Below, one piece after another: positions 62,873 through 64,000 of a stretch of DNA of 64,000 nt. Made by a program: the position numbers and the translations under genes. Numbering within the stretch: position 1 is the stretch's first letter; each line of letters opens with the position of its first letter. The stretch is from positions 13,082,001 to 13,146,000 of the forward strand of contig NC_092674.1 in NCBI RefSeq assembly GCF_964355755.1, written 5' to 3'. The notes under the pieces are model-generated. The model was not told where the DNA came from. It saw nothing but the letters and a program-made list of their open reading frames with translations, and did no database searches. The stretch is from Antedon mediterranea (taxonomy: Eukaryota > Animalia > Echinodermata).

Positions 62873-64000
62873 AATTATTAGCCTTTTAATCAACATTGGT
62901 AATAACCGTGCCTAATTTTAGACAACAATCAGGCAAAAGCTAAGTCGCTTCTTTAAAAAAATAAGTTCTATAAGACAATACCACAGTACACGTGTGAAGT
63001 TGAACTAATTCGCCTTTAAAAATATCATAATTAAACTCAACTTTCTTAAATATCTGATAATTAGAGCTGTGCGCGCGTGCAAATTAACAATAGAAATTAA
63101 TATTTATTTACTAAAGCTAACATTATGTTTCCTATTCGAGAAACGATGTTGTTATAGGGACCACACTAAGTAGTTTGTTGAAACATTATGTTAATTTTTT
63201 TCTTTCTTTTACATAGACCTTCAGATAGTTTTAGCATTGATATTATGTTACTGAGGTGTAGTAGTATGCTACATACAATGTGGATTGTTAAACATTTTAA
63301 TTTATTGATGATGAAAATTATATTATTATTGTAACCGAATTTGCCATGATATACGATGAATTTAAATCAGTTTTTGCATCATGTTATAGTAGTATTATAT
63401 TATTATTGTAACTGAATTAACATTGTTAAAGTTTTATAGAATACTGGTAAAATACTGGTAAGTAATGTCCCACACTCCACACTAAACTTGGCCATGTATT
63501 TAGTACTGAACATTGTATTACATTGACAAGTCAGAATGTTATAATGTACTTGGTATGGAAACTATACTAAATGACCAAATAGTGACATACACTTTTGTCA
63601 AATCATTTCCTGTTTTGAATCGTTGGATAGATTTAAACTATGAAACTATTTTAACAATAATATTGTTTTTACATTATACGTATGATGTAGTAATTCTTTG
63701 TTGTCAAGTAATGGTAAATGTATAATTTACATAGTGTCCCATATCGTTTATGAACGCGTTATAATTTTTATTCTGTTCTGGTTCACTATGTGTAAAAGTG
63801 AAGATCAAAATAATTAAAATGTTTGACTTAATCGTGATCTTTAAAATTATAATCATGAATAAATTGTCTCAATGTTAATATTTTAAGTAATCTTTTCTTT
63901 ATTTTATATGTCATTTGACCCAAGCCTAAATATGAAAGCATTCTTTAGAAAATAAATAGTAGGCCTACATAATCAGAATGTGGATATTGGTATAATAGGA

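Overview
AT-rich, intron-rich eukaryotic DNA, probably from a marine invertebrate (inference), and mostly transposon-derived. The only host gene I can see is on the minus strand. It appears as five intact 99-bp phase-0 exons and one decayed exon, each encoding exactly one 33-aa ankyrin repeat (62311-62409, 50156-50254, 37386-37484, [33580-33654], 28043-28141, 21189-21287). The exons multiplied by segmental duplication of exon plus intron. Their differences are nearly all non-synonymous and fall at the ankyrin binding-surface positions, so this is a candidate diversifying, DARPin-like cassette system. The surrounding DNA holds a Penelope-like retroelement with an inverted 5' pLTR and three G3:C8-variant hammerhead ribozyme motifs. 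That element is interrupted by an apparently intact two-gene PIF/Harbinger transposon (MADF-BESS gene plus DDE transposase). Also present: several TTAA-flanked Kolobok-type elements (one with a decayed KolX/P2X7-ballast-like gene), MULE-, pogo/Tc2-, hAT5- and Helentron-like non-autonomous elements, an Academ-like remnant, four LINE fragments, and TA-GGCC-TA / TA-CGG-TA micro-insertions that look like transposon excision footprints. All calls were made by eye, without database searches.
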